A stretch of 64,000 bases of DNA from Eledone cirrhosa. Lineage: Eukaryota. The notes beneath the pieces were generated by a model. The model saw nothing but the letters and a program-made list of their open reading frames with translations. It did not search any database and was not told where the DNA came from. The stretch spans positions 16,926,001 to 16,990,000 of the forward strand of contig OZ024766.1 of NCBI GenBank assembly GCA_964016885.1. The letters are read 5' to 3'. Both the position numbers and the translations under genes were made by a program. Every line of letters starts with the position of its first letter. Within the stretch, counting starts at the first letter, position 1. Positions 12,147 to 27,129 of the stretch are shown one piece after another.

Positions 12147-12706
12147 GTCCCTCCCATTTTTTCAATAGGGTCACTTTAACGAATCAAAAGATATATAACA
12201 GAAAAACAGGCCCTAAAATATATTTTCCGTGCTATTTCCAACTTCACCTTTTCTCTATATATAGAGAGAGAGCGAGAGGACAATTTGTCATGTCTTCATT
12301 ACATTTATTGAGCAGTGAAGCACGTTTTGCTATCGATCAGCTCAAGGTTTGATCTGTATTGATCTAGCCTGACTCTGGAATCAAAAGCTTGTCAGACTTC
12401 TGTTGTGGTAATAATGTTACAATCCCTAGATATCATCATCATTGATTAATGCCTATCTTCCATGCTAGCATGGGTTGGACGGGTTTGTCGTAGAATGAAG
12501 CCAGAATCAGTTCCCCTATGAGCAAGACAAGGTCAGCCGACCAGACACTGCCCACAACAGGACAACCCGTCTAACCCATGCCAGCGTGGAAGAACGGACG
12601 TAAAACGGTGATGATGATGATGATGTTAGCTTAACCAGATCATCAGAAGAACTGATAAAAACTCTGACCACGTTATTCTTCACTCTTTCAATATTATATA
12701 TATATG

Positions 12707-12741
<35 letters not shown>

Positions 12742-12871
12742 GGAAAGTTATATTTAAAATTGTTGGGTTACAACTAGTAAATATCTATAACTGATATAAA
12801 AGCACTCGACAAATATTTGGAGTATATTTACAATATTAAATAAATGGAAACTATATTTATAAAACCATATT

Positions 12872-12937
12872 TATTTCATTATATATATTTCGGGGATATC
12901 ATATTAACAATATGCTATGCCTTCCTCAGACAAAATA
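12872..12937 (-). ncRNA. Minimal type I hammerhead ribozyme motif (left arm copy)
   Basis: Exact reverse complement of 13266-13331. Confidence 0.68.
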
Positions 12938-13265
12938 CAATATAAACAGTTTTATAGATAAATATATTCGACATACCGTTATAACACCGACTTCCATTTG
13001 GAGAGGTTTACGCTGGCAGTCTAAACGCGTAAACCTGCCAGCATAAAGTCTGCCAGCGTAAACCTCTCCAAATGGAGAGGTTTACGCTGGCAGTCTAAAC
13101 GCGTAAACCTGCCAGCGTAAAGTCTGCCAGCGTAAACCTCTCCAAATGGAGAGGTTTACGCTGGCAGTCTAAACGCGTAAACCTGCCAGCGTAAACCTCT
13201 CCAAATGGAAGTTGATGTTTATTACGGTATGTCGAATATATTTATCTATAAAACTGTTTATATTG

Positions 13266-13331
13266 TATTTTGTCTGAGGAAGGCATAGCATATTGTTAAT
13301 ATGATATCCCCGAAATATATATAATGAAATA
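13266..13331 (+). ncRNA. Minimal type I hammerhead ribozyme motif (predicted AUA cleavage after 13323)
   Basis: tattttgt-CTGAGGA-aggcatagCATATTgttAATATGatatcccc-GAA-ATATATAT-A-atgaaata: 8-bp helix I (2 G-U), imperfect long helix II, palindromic helix III. Confidence 0.68.
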
Positions 13332-13368
13332 AATATGGTTTTATAAATATAGTTTCCATTTATTTAAT

Positions 13369-13430
<62 letters not shown>

Positions 13431-13489
13431 AATATATTATACCAACAGCCAACAATGTCCCTGTCGGTCAACATCAACCAACTGTTATC

Positions 13490-15665
13490 ATACCACCACC
13501 ACCACCACCACCACAACCTCCATCACCACTACCACCACCAGCACCACCACCTCCATCACCACTACCACCACTAACACTACACTACACCACCACAACACCA
13601 CCACCACCACCACCACCACTAACACTACACCACACCACAACCACCACTACACCGCCACCACCACCACCACCACCACCACCTAACATTACACCACACCACA
13701 ACCACCACCACCACCACTAACACTACACCACCACCACTACACCACATCACTACCACACCACAACCACCACACCACCACCACCACTAACACTACACCACCA
13801 CAACCACCACCACCCCCACTAACACTACACCACTACACCACCACCACCACCACCCCCACTAACACTACACCACCACAACACCACCATCACCACCACACCA
13901 ACACCACTACACCACACCACCACTAACACTACACCACTACACCACCACCACTAACACTACACCACTACACCACCACACCAACACCACTACACCACACCAC
14001 CACCACCACTACACCACCACCACCACCACTACACCACACCACTACACCACCACTAACATACACCACACCACCACACCACCACCACACCACCACAACCACC
14101 ACCACACCACCACAACCACCACCAACCCCACTAACACTACACCACCACCACACCACCACCACTACACCACACCACCACCACTAACACTACACCACTACAC
14201 CACCACACCAACACCACTACACCACACCACCACCACTAACACTACACCACTACACCACCACCAACACCACTACACCACACCACCACCACCACTACACCAC
14301 CACCACCACCACTACACCACCACTAACATACACCACACCACCACCACCACAACCACCACCAACCCCACTAACACTACACCACCACCAAAACCACCACCAC
14401 CACCACCACCACCACCACCACCACACCACTACTCCAACACCACTACACCACCACCACCACACCAACACCACTACACCACCACCACCACTACACCACCACC
14501 ACTACACCACACCACTACACCACCACTAACATACACCACACCACCACACCACACCACCACAACCACCACCACCCCCACTAACACTACACCACTACAACAC
14601 CACCACCACTACACCACACTACAACACCATCACCACCACAACCACCACCACCCCCACTAACACTACACCACTACAACACCACCACCACTACACCACACTA
14701 CAACACCATCACCACCACACCAACACCACTACACCACACCACCACTAACACTACACCACACCACTACACCACCACCACCACCACCACTACACCACACCAC
14801 TACACCACCACCACACCACCACCACCACTACACCACCACACCACCACCACTACACCACCACACCACCACCACTACACCACCACCACCACCACCACCACTA
14901 CACCACACCACTACACCACCACCACACCACCACCACCACTACACCACCACACCACCACCACTACACCACACCACCACACCACCACACCACCACCACACCA
15001 CCACACCACCACACCACCACCACTACACCACCACACCACCACCACCACTACACCACCACCACCACCACACCACTACACCACCACTAACATACACCACACC
15101 ACCACACCACACCACCACAACCACCACCACCCCCACTAACACTACACCACTACACCACCACCACCCCCACTAACACTACACCACTACAACACCACCACCA
15201 CTACACCACACTACAACACCATCACCACCACACCAACACCACTACACCACACCACCACTAACACTACACCACACCACACCACTACACCACCACCACTACA
15301 CCACACCACTACACCACCACACCACCACCACTACACCACACCACCACACCACCACACCACCACCACTACACCACACCACCACCACTACACCACACCACCA
15401 CACCACCACACCACCACCACTACACCACCACACCACCACCACTACACCACCACACCACCACCACTACACCACCACCACCACCACCACTACACCACACCAC
15501 TACACCACCACCACACCACCACCACCACTACACCACCACACCACCACCACTACACCACACCACCACTACACCACACCACCACCACTACACCACACCACCA
15601 CCACTACACCACACCACCACACCACCACACCACCACCACTACACCACACCACCACCACCACCATT
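13490..15665. repeat. Degenerate (CAC/CACAC)n tract
   Basis: Visible directly. Confidence 0.95.
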
Positions 15666-16019
15666 ACAATTTGGACATCTCTGGCCTTTGCTACTTAATA
15701 ATAAAAAAAAGAATGGTTTCAATTCCAAAACTGATTATTTTCGTTGTTCTTATTTGTTGGAATGAGAGACAGACGCAGTCACTGCTTTAGCACTGGTGGG
15801 GTTATATTATATACACCTGAGGTCCTCAAACTTGTGGGGGCCACTGCTCCCCCCTCCTCACGGCCAGGTACCACCCTCAGCGCCCACCCCACCATCAGTC
15901 TGTGGTGACACATCCAAACCTTACTAGCAGAGAAGGTGGACATCAAACGGTGATGGTGATGATGTTAGGTTATCGTTAGTAACATAGATGTAAAATAATG
16001 TGATTTTGCCAATAAGAAT

Positions 16020-18308
16020 AAAGACATCTAGACATCTGTAATAAAGACATCTAGACATCTAGAATAAAGACATCTAGACATCTAGACATCTATAATAAAG
16101 ACATCCAGACATCTATAATAAAGACATATAGACATCTATAATATAGACATATAGACATCTATAATATAGACATATAGACATCTATAATATAGACATATAG
16201 ACATCTATAATAAAGACATCCAGACATCTATAATAAAGACATATAGACATCTATAATATAGACATATAGACATCTATAATAAAGACATCTAGACATCTAT
16301 AATAAAGACATATAAACATCTATAATAAAGACATATAGACATCTATAATATAGACATATAGACATCTATAATAAAGACATATAGACATCTATAATAAAGA
16401 CATCTAGACATCTATAATAAAGACATATAAACATCTATAATAAAGACATATAGACATCTATAATATAGACATATAGACATCTATAATAAAGACATATAGA
16501 CATCTATAATAAAGACATCTAGACATCTATAATAAAGACATATAAACATCTATAATAAAGACATATAGACATCTATAATATAGACATATAGACATCTATA
16601 ATAAAGACATATAGACATCTATAATTGTTTCTACTTTAGGCACAAGGCCAGCAATTACCCAGTGCATTACTAGTACTATAGACATCTATAATAAAGACAT
16701 ATAAACATCTATAATAAAGACATATAGACATCTATAATAAAGACATATAGACATCTATAATAAAGACATCTAGACATCTATAATAAAGACATATAGACAT
16801 CTATAATATAGACATCTAGACATCTATAATAAAGACATATAGACATCTATAATAAAGACATAAAGACATCTAGACATCTATAATAAAGACATATAGACAT
16901 CTATAATAAAGACATCTAGACATCTATAATAAAGACATCTAGACATCTATAATATAGACATCTAGACATCTATAATAAAGACATATAGACATCTATAATA
17001 TAGACATATAGACATCTATAATATAGACATATAGACATCTATAATAAAGACATATAGACATCTATAATAAAGACATCTAGACATCTATAATATAGACATA
17101 TAGACATATAGACATCTATAATAAAGACATATAGACATCTATAATATAGACATCTAGACATCTATAATATAGACATCTAGACATCTATAATAAAGACATC
17201 TAGACATCTATAATATAGACATCTAGACATCTATAATATAGACATCTATAATAAAGACATATAGACATCTATAATAAAGACATATAGACATCTATAATAA
17301 AGACATATAGACATCTATAATATAGACATCTAGACATCTATAATATAGACATCTAGACATCTAGACATCTATAATAAAGACATCTAGACATCTATAATAA
17401 AGACATCTAGACATCTATAATAAAGACATCTAGACATCTATAATAAAGACATCTAGACATCTATAATATAGACATCTAGACATCTATAATAAAGACATCT
17501 AGACATCTATAATAAAGACATCTAGACATCTATAATAAAGACATCTAGACATCTATAATAAAGACATCTAGACATCTATAATAAAGACATCTAGACATCT
17601 ATAATAAAGACATATAGACATCTATAATAAAGACATCTAGACATCTATAATATAGACATCTAGACATCTATAATATAGACATCTAGACATCTATAATATA
17701 GACATCTAGACATCTATAATATAGACATCTAGACATCTATAATATAGACATCTAGACATCTATAATATAGACATCTAGACATCTATAATAAAGACATCTA
17801 GACATCTATAATATAGACATATAGACATCTATAATAAAGACATCTAGATATCTATAACATAGACATCTAGACATCTATAATATAGACATCTAGACATCTA
17901 TAATATAGACATATAGACATCTATAATATAGACATCTAGACATCTATAATATAGACATATAGACATCTATAATAAAGACATATAGACATCTATAATATAG
18001 ACATATAGACATCTATAATATAGACATCTAGACATCTATAATAAAGACATATAGACATCTATAATATAGACATATAGACATCTATAATAAAGACATATAG
18101 ATGTCTATAATAAAGACATATAGACATCTATAATATAGACATATAGACATCTATAATATAGACATATAGACATCTATAATATAGACATATAGACATCTAT
18201 AATAAAGACATCTAGACATCTATAATAAAGACATCTAGACATCTATAATAAAGACATATAGACATCTATAATAAAGACATATATATGTCTTTATTATAGA
18301 TGTCTATA
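16020..18308. repeat. 23-bp AT-rich minisatellite (agacatctataataaagacatat), interrupted by a SINE-B tail fragment at ~16622-16678
   Basis: Visible directly. Confidence 0.95.
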
Positions 18309-18309
18309 G

Positions 18310-19757
18310 TATATACACTATATATACTATATATTATATACACTATATATACTATATATTATATACAATAGATATATTATATATACTATATATACTATAT
18401 ATTATATACACTATATATATTATATACACTATATATATATACACTATATATACTATATACACTATATATACTATATATTATATACACTATATATATTATA
18501 TACACTATATATACTATATATTATATACACTATATATACTATATATACTATATATTATATACACTATATATATTATATACACTATATATACTATATATTA
18601 TATACACTATATATACTATATATTATATACACTATATATACTATATATTATATACACTATATATACTATATATTATATACACTATATATATTATATACAC
18701 TATATATTATATACACTATATATACTATATATTATATATACTATATATACTATATACACTATATATATTATATACACTAGATATATTATATATTATATAC
18801 ACTATATATACTATATATTATATACACTATATATATTATATACACTATATATTATATACACTATATATACTATATACTATATATACTATATATTATATAC
18901 ACTATATATATTATATACACTAGATATATTATATACACTAGATATATTATATACACTATATATACTCTATATTATATACACTATATATATTATATACACT
19001 ATATACACTATATATTATATACACTATATATTATATACACTATATATTATATATACTATATATTATATACACTATATATTATATATACTATATATTATAT
19101 ACACTATATATACTAAATATTATATACACTATATATTATATACACTATATATACTATATATTATATACACTAGATATATTATATATTATATACACTAGAT
19201 ATATTATATATACACCATATATACTATATATTATATACACTATATATACTATATATATTATATATTATATACACTAGATATATTATATATTATATATACA
19301 CTAGATATATTATATATTATATATACACTAGATATATTATATATTATATATACACCATATATACTATATATTATATATACACCATATATACTATATATTA
19401 TATATACACCATATATACTATATATTATATATACACCATATATACTATATATTATATATACACCATATATACTATATATTATATACACTATATATACTAT
19501 ATATTATATATACTATATATTATATATACTATATATTATATACACTATATATACTATATATTATATATACTATATATTATATACACTATATATACTATAT
19601 ATTATATACACTATATATTATATACACTATATATACTATATATTATATACACTATATATACTATATATTATATACACTATATATACTATATATTATATAC
19701 ACTATATATACTATATATTATATACACTATATATACTATATATTATATACACTATAT
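18310..19757. repeat. AT-rich ~25-bp degenerate minisatellite (tatattatatacactatatatacta)
   Basis: Visible directly. Confidence 0.93.
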
Positions 19758-20117
19758 ATGTATATATATATATATATATTTATGTGTGTGTGTATATATA
19801 TATACAACAATTTCTATACTTTTCATTTATATATATATATATTTATATGTATATTTTTATATATATATATATATATACATATATATACATATATAAACAC
19901 TATTTATGTTACAGTATATTTTCACATATACAAGGGTGGGGCAGGGGTGTAGAACTCCCCCCTCGTCCCCACGATAGCGTGGGAGGGGTAGATGTGGAGG
20001 CTAGAGGTAAGTGGGGGGTCCCTCCAAAATCAGGGCCTCCTCACAGGAACTGATCTGACCCCCACCTAACCTTTAACCCTGGGCCAAGTTTTTTAAACAA
20101 AGTATCGCCTGATTATA

Positions 20118-20376
20118 AGTGTGTGTATATGTGTATATGTGTGTATGTATGTATGTGTGTGTATATATGTGTGTGTATATATATGTGTGTCTGTGTGTAT
20201 GTGTGTGTGTATATGTATGTGTGTGGTATATGTATATATGTGTGTATGTATGTGTGTGTGTATATATATATATATATATGTGTGTGTGTCTGTATATATG
20301 TGTATGTGTGTGTATGTATGTGTGTATATTTATATATATATGTGTGTGTCTGTATGTGTATATGTATATGTGTGTA

Positions 20377-20407
<31 letters not shown>

Positions 20408-20884
20408 GTGTGTCTGTATGTATATATGTGTATATGTGTGTATGTATGTGTGTATATATATATATGTGTATATATATATATATGTGTGTATGTATATATA
20501 TGTGTGTATGTGTATATATATATGTGTGTGTGTATATATATATGTGTGTGTATGTATATATATGTGTGTATGTGTATATATATATATGTGTGTATGTGTA
20601 TATATGTGTGTATATATATATATATGTGTGTATGTATATATATGTGTGTATGTGTATATATATATATATATGTGTATATATATATGTGTGTATGTGTATA
20701 TATATATATATATATATGTGTGTATATACATATATATATGTGTGTATGTGTGTATATATATATATATATATATGTGTATGTGTATATATATATATATATG
20801 TGTGTGTTTATGTATATATATGTGTGTATGTGTATATATATATATATATATGTGTATGTATATATATGTGTATATATATATATA

Positions 20885-20915
<31 letters not shown>

Positions 20916-21182
20916 GTGTGTATGTATATATATGTGTGTATGTGTATGTGTATATATATATGTGTGTATGTGTATATATATATATGTGTGTATATATATA
21001 TGTGTGTATGTATATATATATATATATGTGTGTGTGTATATATATATGTGTGTATGTATATATATATATATATATATGTGTATATATATATGTGTGTATA
21101 TATATATGTGTATATATATATGTGTGTATGTGTATATATATATATGTGTGTATATATATATATGTGTATATATATATATATA

Positions 21183-21215
<33 letters not shown>

Positions 21216-21330
21216 GCGTGTATGTGTATGTATATATATATATATGTGTGTATATATATATATGTGTATATATATATATATATATGTGTGTATGTGTATG
21301 TATATATATATATATATATGTGTGTGTGAG
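20118..21330. repeat. (TA/TG)n compound microsatellite
   Basis: Visible directly. Confidence 0.97.
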
Positions 21331-21452
21331 AGAGAAGCAGTAGTTTTTTTTACCCATATTTAAGAAATATTGAGAATGGTGTGTTGGTTACCAAGGAAAC
21401 AGGCTGGGTTTAGGTACAACAGTAACAACAACAACTATTATATCACATATAG

Positions 21453-23552
21453 ACCACACCACCACCACTACCACTCCACCACCACCACCACACCACCACT
21501 ACACCACCACCACCACCACCACCACCACACCACTACCACCACACCACCAACATTACACTGCCACCACCACCACCACACCACCACTACACCACCACCACTA
21601 CACCACCACAGCAACACTACCACCACCACTACTACCACCATCACACCACATCACCATTACACTGCCACCACTACCACCACACCACATCACCACCATCACA
21701 CCACCATCACACCACCACCAACACCACCATTACACTACCACTACCACCACCACACCACACCACACCACTACCACCACCATCACACCACCAGCATCACCAC
21801 ATTACCAACACCACCACCATCACACCACCACCATCACCACCACCATCACCACCACCACTACCACCATCACCACCACCATCACACCACACCACATCACCAC
21901 CACACCACCACCACACCACCAGCATCACCACATTACCAACACCACCACCACCACACCAACACTACCACCACCACACCACATCGCCACCACCACTACCACC
22001 ACCACCACCATCACACGACCATCACCACCACTACCACACCACATCACCACCATCACACCACATTACCAACACCACCACCAACACTACCACCACCACCACC
22101 ACCACTACCACCAGCATCACCACATCACACCACATCACCACCACCACCAATACCACCATCACCAACACACCACATCACCACCATCACACCACATCACCAC
22201 CACACCAACACTACCACCACCACTACTACCACCATCACCACCACCACTACCACCATCACACCAACACTACTACCACCATCACACCACACCACATCACACC
22301 ACCACACCAACACTACCACCACCACTACTACCACCATCACCACCACCACTACCACCATCACACCAACACTACTACCACCATCACACCACACCACATCACA
22401 CCACCACACCAACACTACCACCACCACTACTACCACCATCACACCACCAGCATCACACCAACACCGCCACCACCACCACCAATACCACCATCACCAACAC
22501 ACCACATCACCACCACCACCAATACCACCATCACCAACACACCACCATCACACCACATTACCAAGACACCACATTACCAACACACCACACCACCATCACA
22601 TCACACCGCAACCATCACCACCACTACTACCACCATCACCACCACCACTACTACCATCATCACCACCACCACTACCACCATCACACCAACACTACCACCA
22701 CCACCATCACCACCACCACTACCACCATCACACCACACCACATCACCACCACACCACCACTACCACCACCAACACCACCATCACACCAACACTACCACCA
22801 CCACCACTACCACCATCACACCACACCACATCACCACCACACCACCACTACCACCACCATCACACCACCAGCATCACCACATTACCAACACCACCACCAC
22901 CACACCAACACTACCACCACCACATCACACCACATCACCACCAACACACCACATCACCACCATCACACCACCACCACATCACACCACACCACCACCACAT
23001 CACCACCAATACCACCACCACCACCACTACTACCACCATCACCACCACCACTACCACCATCACACCAACACTACTACCACCATCACACCACACCACATCA
23101 CCACCACACCACCACTACCACCACCATCACACCACCAGCATCACCACATTACCAACACCACCACCACCACACCAACACTACCACCACCACACCACATCAC
23201 ACCACCACATCGCCACCACCACCACCACTACTACCACCATCACCACCACCACTACCACCATCACACCAACACTACTACCACCATCACACCACACCACATC
23301 ACACCACCATCACCACCACCACCACCACCACTACTACCACCATCACACCACACCACATCACACCACCATCACCACCAATACCACCATCACCAACACACCA
23401 CATCACCACCATCACACCACATTACCAACACACCACACCACCATCACATCACACCACAACCATCACCACCACTACTACCACCATCACCACCACCACCACT
23501 ACCACCATCACACCAACACTACTACCACCATCACACCACACCACATCACCAC
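21453..23552. repeat. Degenerate (CAC)n tract abutting the ATG of the membrane-protein gene
   Basis: Visible directly. Confidence 0.95.
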
Positions 23553-23553
23553 A

Positions 23554-23602
23554 ATGGAGTCAGTTATCAAAGTGACAATTTTTACCATAGTCTGCATTAC
23601 AG
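23554..23602 (+). CDS. Uncharacterised type I membrane protein, exon 1 (signal peptide)
   Basis: acaATGG Kozak context; MESVIKVTIFTIVCIT+G|gtcagt; phase 1 fits exon 2. Confidence 0.72.
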
Positions 23603-23939
23603 GTCAGTCAATGTGTTTTTGTTGTTGTTTATGTAAGAACCTTTGTTAAGTTATGTTCCAAACACCTGAGAAAGTTATATTACTATAAATCCTTCAAACT
23701 TTAGACAATATCTTTCTTTAGAAATATGTAAGAACCTTTGTTAAGTTATGTTCCATCAGAAATATGGTAATGAAAGTGTTAAAGTGTTTATATTTATCTA
23801 AAAACATTCCACCATAATTTTAGGAGAACCTTTGTTAAGTTATGTTCCATGAGAAATATGGTAATGAAAGGGTCAAAGTGTTTATATTTATCTAAAAACC
23901 TTCCATCATAATTTTATAGATTCAATATTATTTTAGATA

Positions 23940-26505
23940 ATTTTGTGAAGTAAAGCTTTTACCATGAAAATATAATAGTATATATAGAGTAATGTAAATG
24001 TTATGTGAGATATTATGTGAGGTAAAGCCTTTACTGTGACAATACAATAGTATATATAGAGTAATGTAAATGTTATGTGAGGTAAAGCCTTTACTGTGAC
24101 AATACAATAGTATATATAGAGTAATGTAAATGTTATGTGAGGTAAAGCCTTTACTGTGACAATACAATAGTATATATAGAGTAATGTAAATGTTATGTGA
24201 GATATTATGTGAGGTAAAGCCTTTACTGTGACAATACAATAGTATATATAGAGTAATGTAAATGTTATGTGAGGTATTATGTGAGGTAAAGCCTTTACTG
24301 TGACAATACAATAGTATATATAGAGTAATGTAAATGTTATGTGAGGTAAAGCCTTTACTGTGACAATACAATAGTATATATAGAGTAATGTAAATGTTAT
24401 GTGAGATATTATGTGAGGTAAAGCCTTTACTGTGACAATACAATAGTATATATAGAGTAATGTAAATGTTATGTGAGTTATTATGTGAGGTAAAGCCTTC
24501 ACTGTGACAATACAATAGTATATATATAGAGTAATGTAAATGTTATGTGAGGTATTATGTGAGGTAAAGCCTTTACTGTGACAATACAATAGTATATATA
24601 GAGTAATGTAAATGTTATGTGAGATATTATGTGAGGTAAAGCCTTTACTGTGAAAATACAATAGTATATATAGAGTAATGTAAATGTTATGTGAGATATT
24701 ATGTGAGGTAAAGCCTTTACTGTGACAATACAATAGTATATATAGAGTAATGTAAATGTTATGTGAGGTATTATGTGAGGTAAAGCCTTTACTGTGACAA
24801 TACAATAGTATATATAGAGTAATGTAAATGTTATGTGAGATATTATGTGAGGTAAAGCCTTTACTGTGACAATACAATAGTATATATAGAGTAATGTAAA
24901 TGTTATGTGAGGTATTATGTGAGGTAAAGCCTTTACTGTGACAATACAATAGTATATATAGAGTAATGTAAATGTTATGTGAGATATTATGTGAGGTAAA
25001 GCCTTTACTGTGACAATACAATAGTATATATAGAGTAATGTAAAGGTTATGTGAGATATTATGTGAGGTAAAGCCTTTACTGTGACAATACAATAGTATA
25101 TATAGAGTAATGTAAATGTTATGTGAGGTAAAGCCTTTACTGTGACAATACAATAGTATATTTAGAGCAATGTAGATGTTATGTGAGATATTATGTGAGG
25201 TAAAGCCTTTACTGTGAAAATACAATAGTATATATAGAGTAATGTAAATGTTATGTGAGGTAAAGTCTTTACTGTGACAATACAATAGTATATATAGAGT
25301 AATGTAAAGGTTATGTGAGATATTATGTGAGGTAAAGCCTTTACTGTGACAATACAATAGTATATATAGAGTAATGTAAAGGTTATGTGAGATATTATGT
25401 GAGGTAAAGCCTTTACTGTGACAATACAATAGTATATATAGAGTAATGTAAATGTTATGTGAGATATTATGTGAGGTAAAGCCTTTACTGTGACAATACA
25501 ATAGTATATATAGAGTAATGTAAATGTTATGTGAGATATTATGTGAGGTAAAGCCTTTACTGTGACAATACAATAGTATATATAGAGTAATGTAAATGTT
25601 ATGTGAGGTAAAGTCTTTACTGTGACAATACAATAGTATATATAGAGTAATGTAGATGTTATGTGAGATATTATGTGAGGTAAAGCCTTTACTATGACAA
25701 TACAATAGTATATATAGAGTAGTGTAAATGTTATGTGAGGTAAAGTCTTTACTGTGACAATACAATAGTATATATAGAGTAATGTAGATGTTATGTGAGA
25801 TATTATGTGAGGTAAAGCCTTTACTATGACAATACAATAGTATATATAGAGTAGTGTAAATGTTATGTGAGATATTATGTGAGGTAAAGCCTTTACTGTG
25901 ACAATATAATAGTATATATAGAGTAATGTAAATGTTATGTGAGGTATTATGTGAGGTAAAGCCTTTACTGTGACAATACAATAGTATATATAGAGTAATG
26001 TAAATGTTATGTGAGGTATTATGTGAGGTAAAGCCTTTACTGTGACAATACAATAGTATATATAGAGTAATGTAAATGTTATGTGAGGTATTATGTGAGG
26101 TAAAGCCTTTACTGTGACAATACAATAGTATATATAGAGTAATGTAAATGTTATGTGAGATATTATGTGAGGTAAAGCCTTTACTGTGACAATACAATAG
26201 TATATATAGAGTAATGTAAATGTTATGTGAGGTATTATGTGAGGTAAAGCCTTTACTGTGACAATACAATAGTATATATAGAGTAATGTAAATGTTATGA
26301 GATATTATGTGAGGTAAAGCCTTTATTGTGACAATACAATAGTATATATAGAGTAATGTAGATGTTATGTGAGATATTATGTGAGGTAAAGCCTTTACTG
26401 TGACAATACAATAGTATATATAGAGTAATGTAGATGTTATGTGAGATATTATGTGAGGTAAAGCCTTTATTGTGACAATACAATAGTATATATAGAGTAA
26501 TGTAA
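23940..26505 (-). repeat. 72-bp satellite array (with 60-bp variants) in a piggyBac-like MITE context
   Basis: Same unit as 5622-7110. Confidence 0.95.
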
Positions 26506-26699
26506 ATAATTTTAGTAAATCCCTTAAAATTCTTCATTAATTAATTGATCATTAATTCATTAATTGATCATTAATTCTTCATTAATTGATCATTAATTCT
26601 TCATTAATTGATCATTAATTCTTCATTAATTGATCATTAATTCTTCATTAATTCATTAATTGATCATTAATTCTTCATTAATTGATCATTAATTCTTCA

Positions 26700-26810
26700 T
26701 TAATCCCGCCGAGGTTGACTTTACCTTTCATCCTTACGGGGGTCGATAAAATAAAGTACCAGTAATACACTGGGTAATTGCTGGCCTTGTGCCTAAAGTA
26801 GAAACAATTA
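26700..26810 (+). mobile_element. Type B SINE 3' half
   Basis: aatcccgccgaggttgactttacctttcatccttacgggggtcgataaaataaagtaccag...gtagaaacaatta. Confidence 0.8.
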
Positions 26811-27093
26811 ATTAATTGAAATGCGTCATTAGTTAGAAGGGTGGTACGTAAATGGTTAAAATGTTTTGAAAGATTCACGCCACTCCCGAATCCTATAAAT
26901 TTCAGAAATCAGCTGATGCGGGGAGGGGAGGGGAGGGTAGCCCAGCTTCATCAAGTTGTGTCATCGTCCGTTGGACCAGCTGTCTGTCACTGTCGGCCGA
27001 CCACTCTTCCGAGCCCACATCCACTCACCCAGCCACTGGTGCTATATACCAGCGGTGGTCTGTTTCTGGTAGGTGGATGGGTGGATGTGGATT

Positions 27094-27125
<32 letters not shown>

Positions 27126-27129
27126 TATA

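Larger units (their letters stand above)
12829..13374. mobile_element. Fold-back element: ~190-bp inverted arms, each with a hammerhead, and 74-bp self-complementary central repeats (Penelope-like pseudo-LTR/retrozyme-like)
   Basis: tacaatattaaataaatgg... vs ...ccatttatttaatattgta near-perfect reverse complements; central unit starts at 13000, 13074 and 13148; (TA)n-rich flanks. Confidence 0.8.

Noticed and set aside
21370-23649. 759-aa His/Thr/Pro ORF in frame with the MESVIK start (upstream ATG at 21376)
   Set aside because: (CAC)n tracts rarely contain stops; the extension would bury the signal peptide. More likely UTR or upstream DNA, though not excluded without transcripts.
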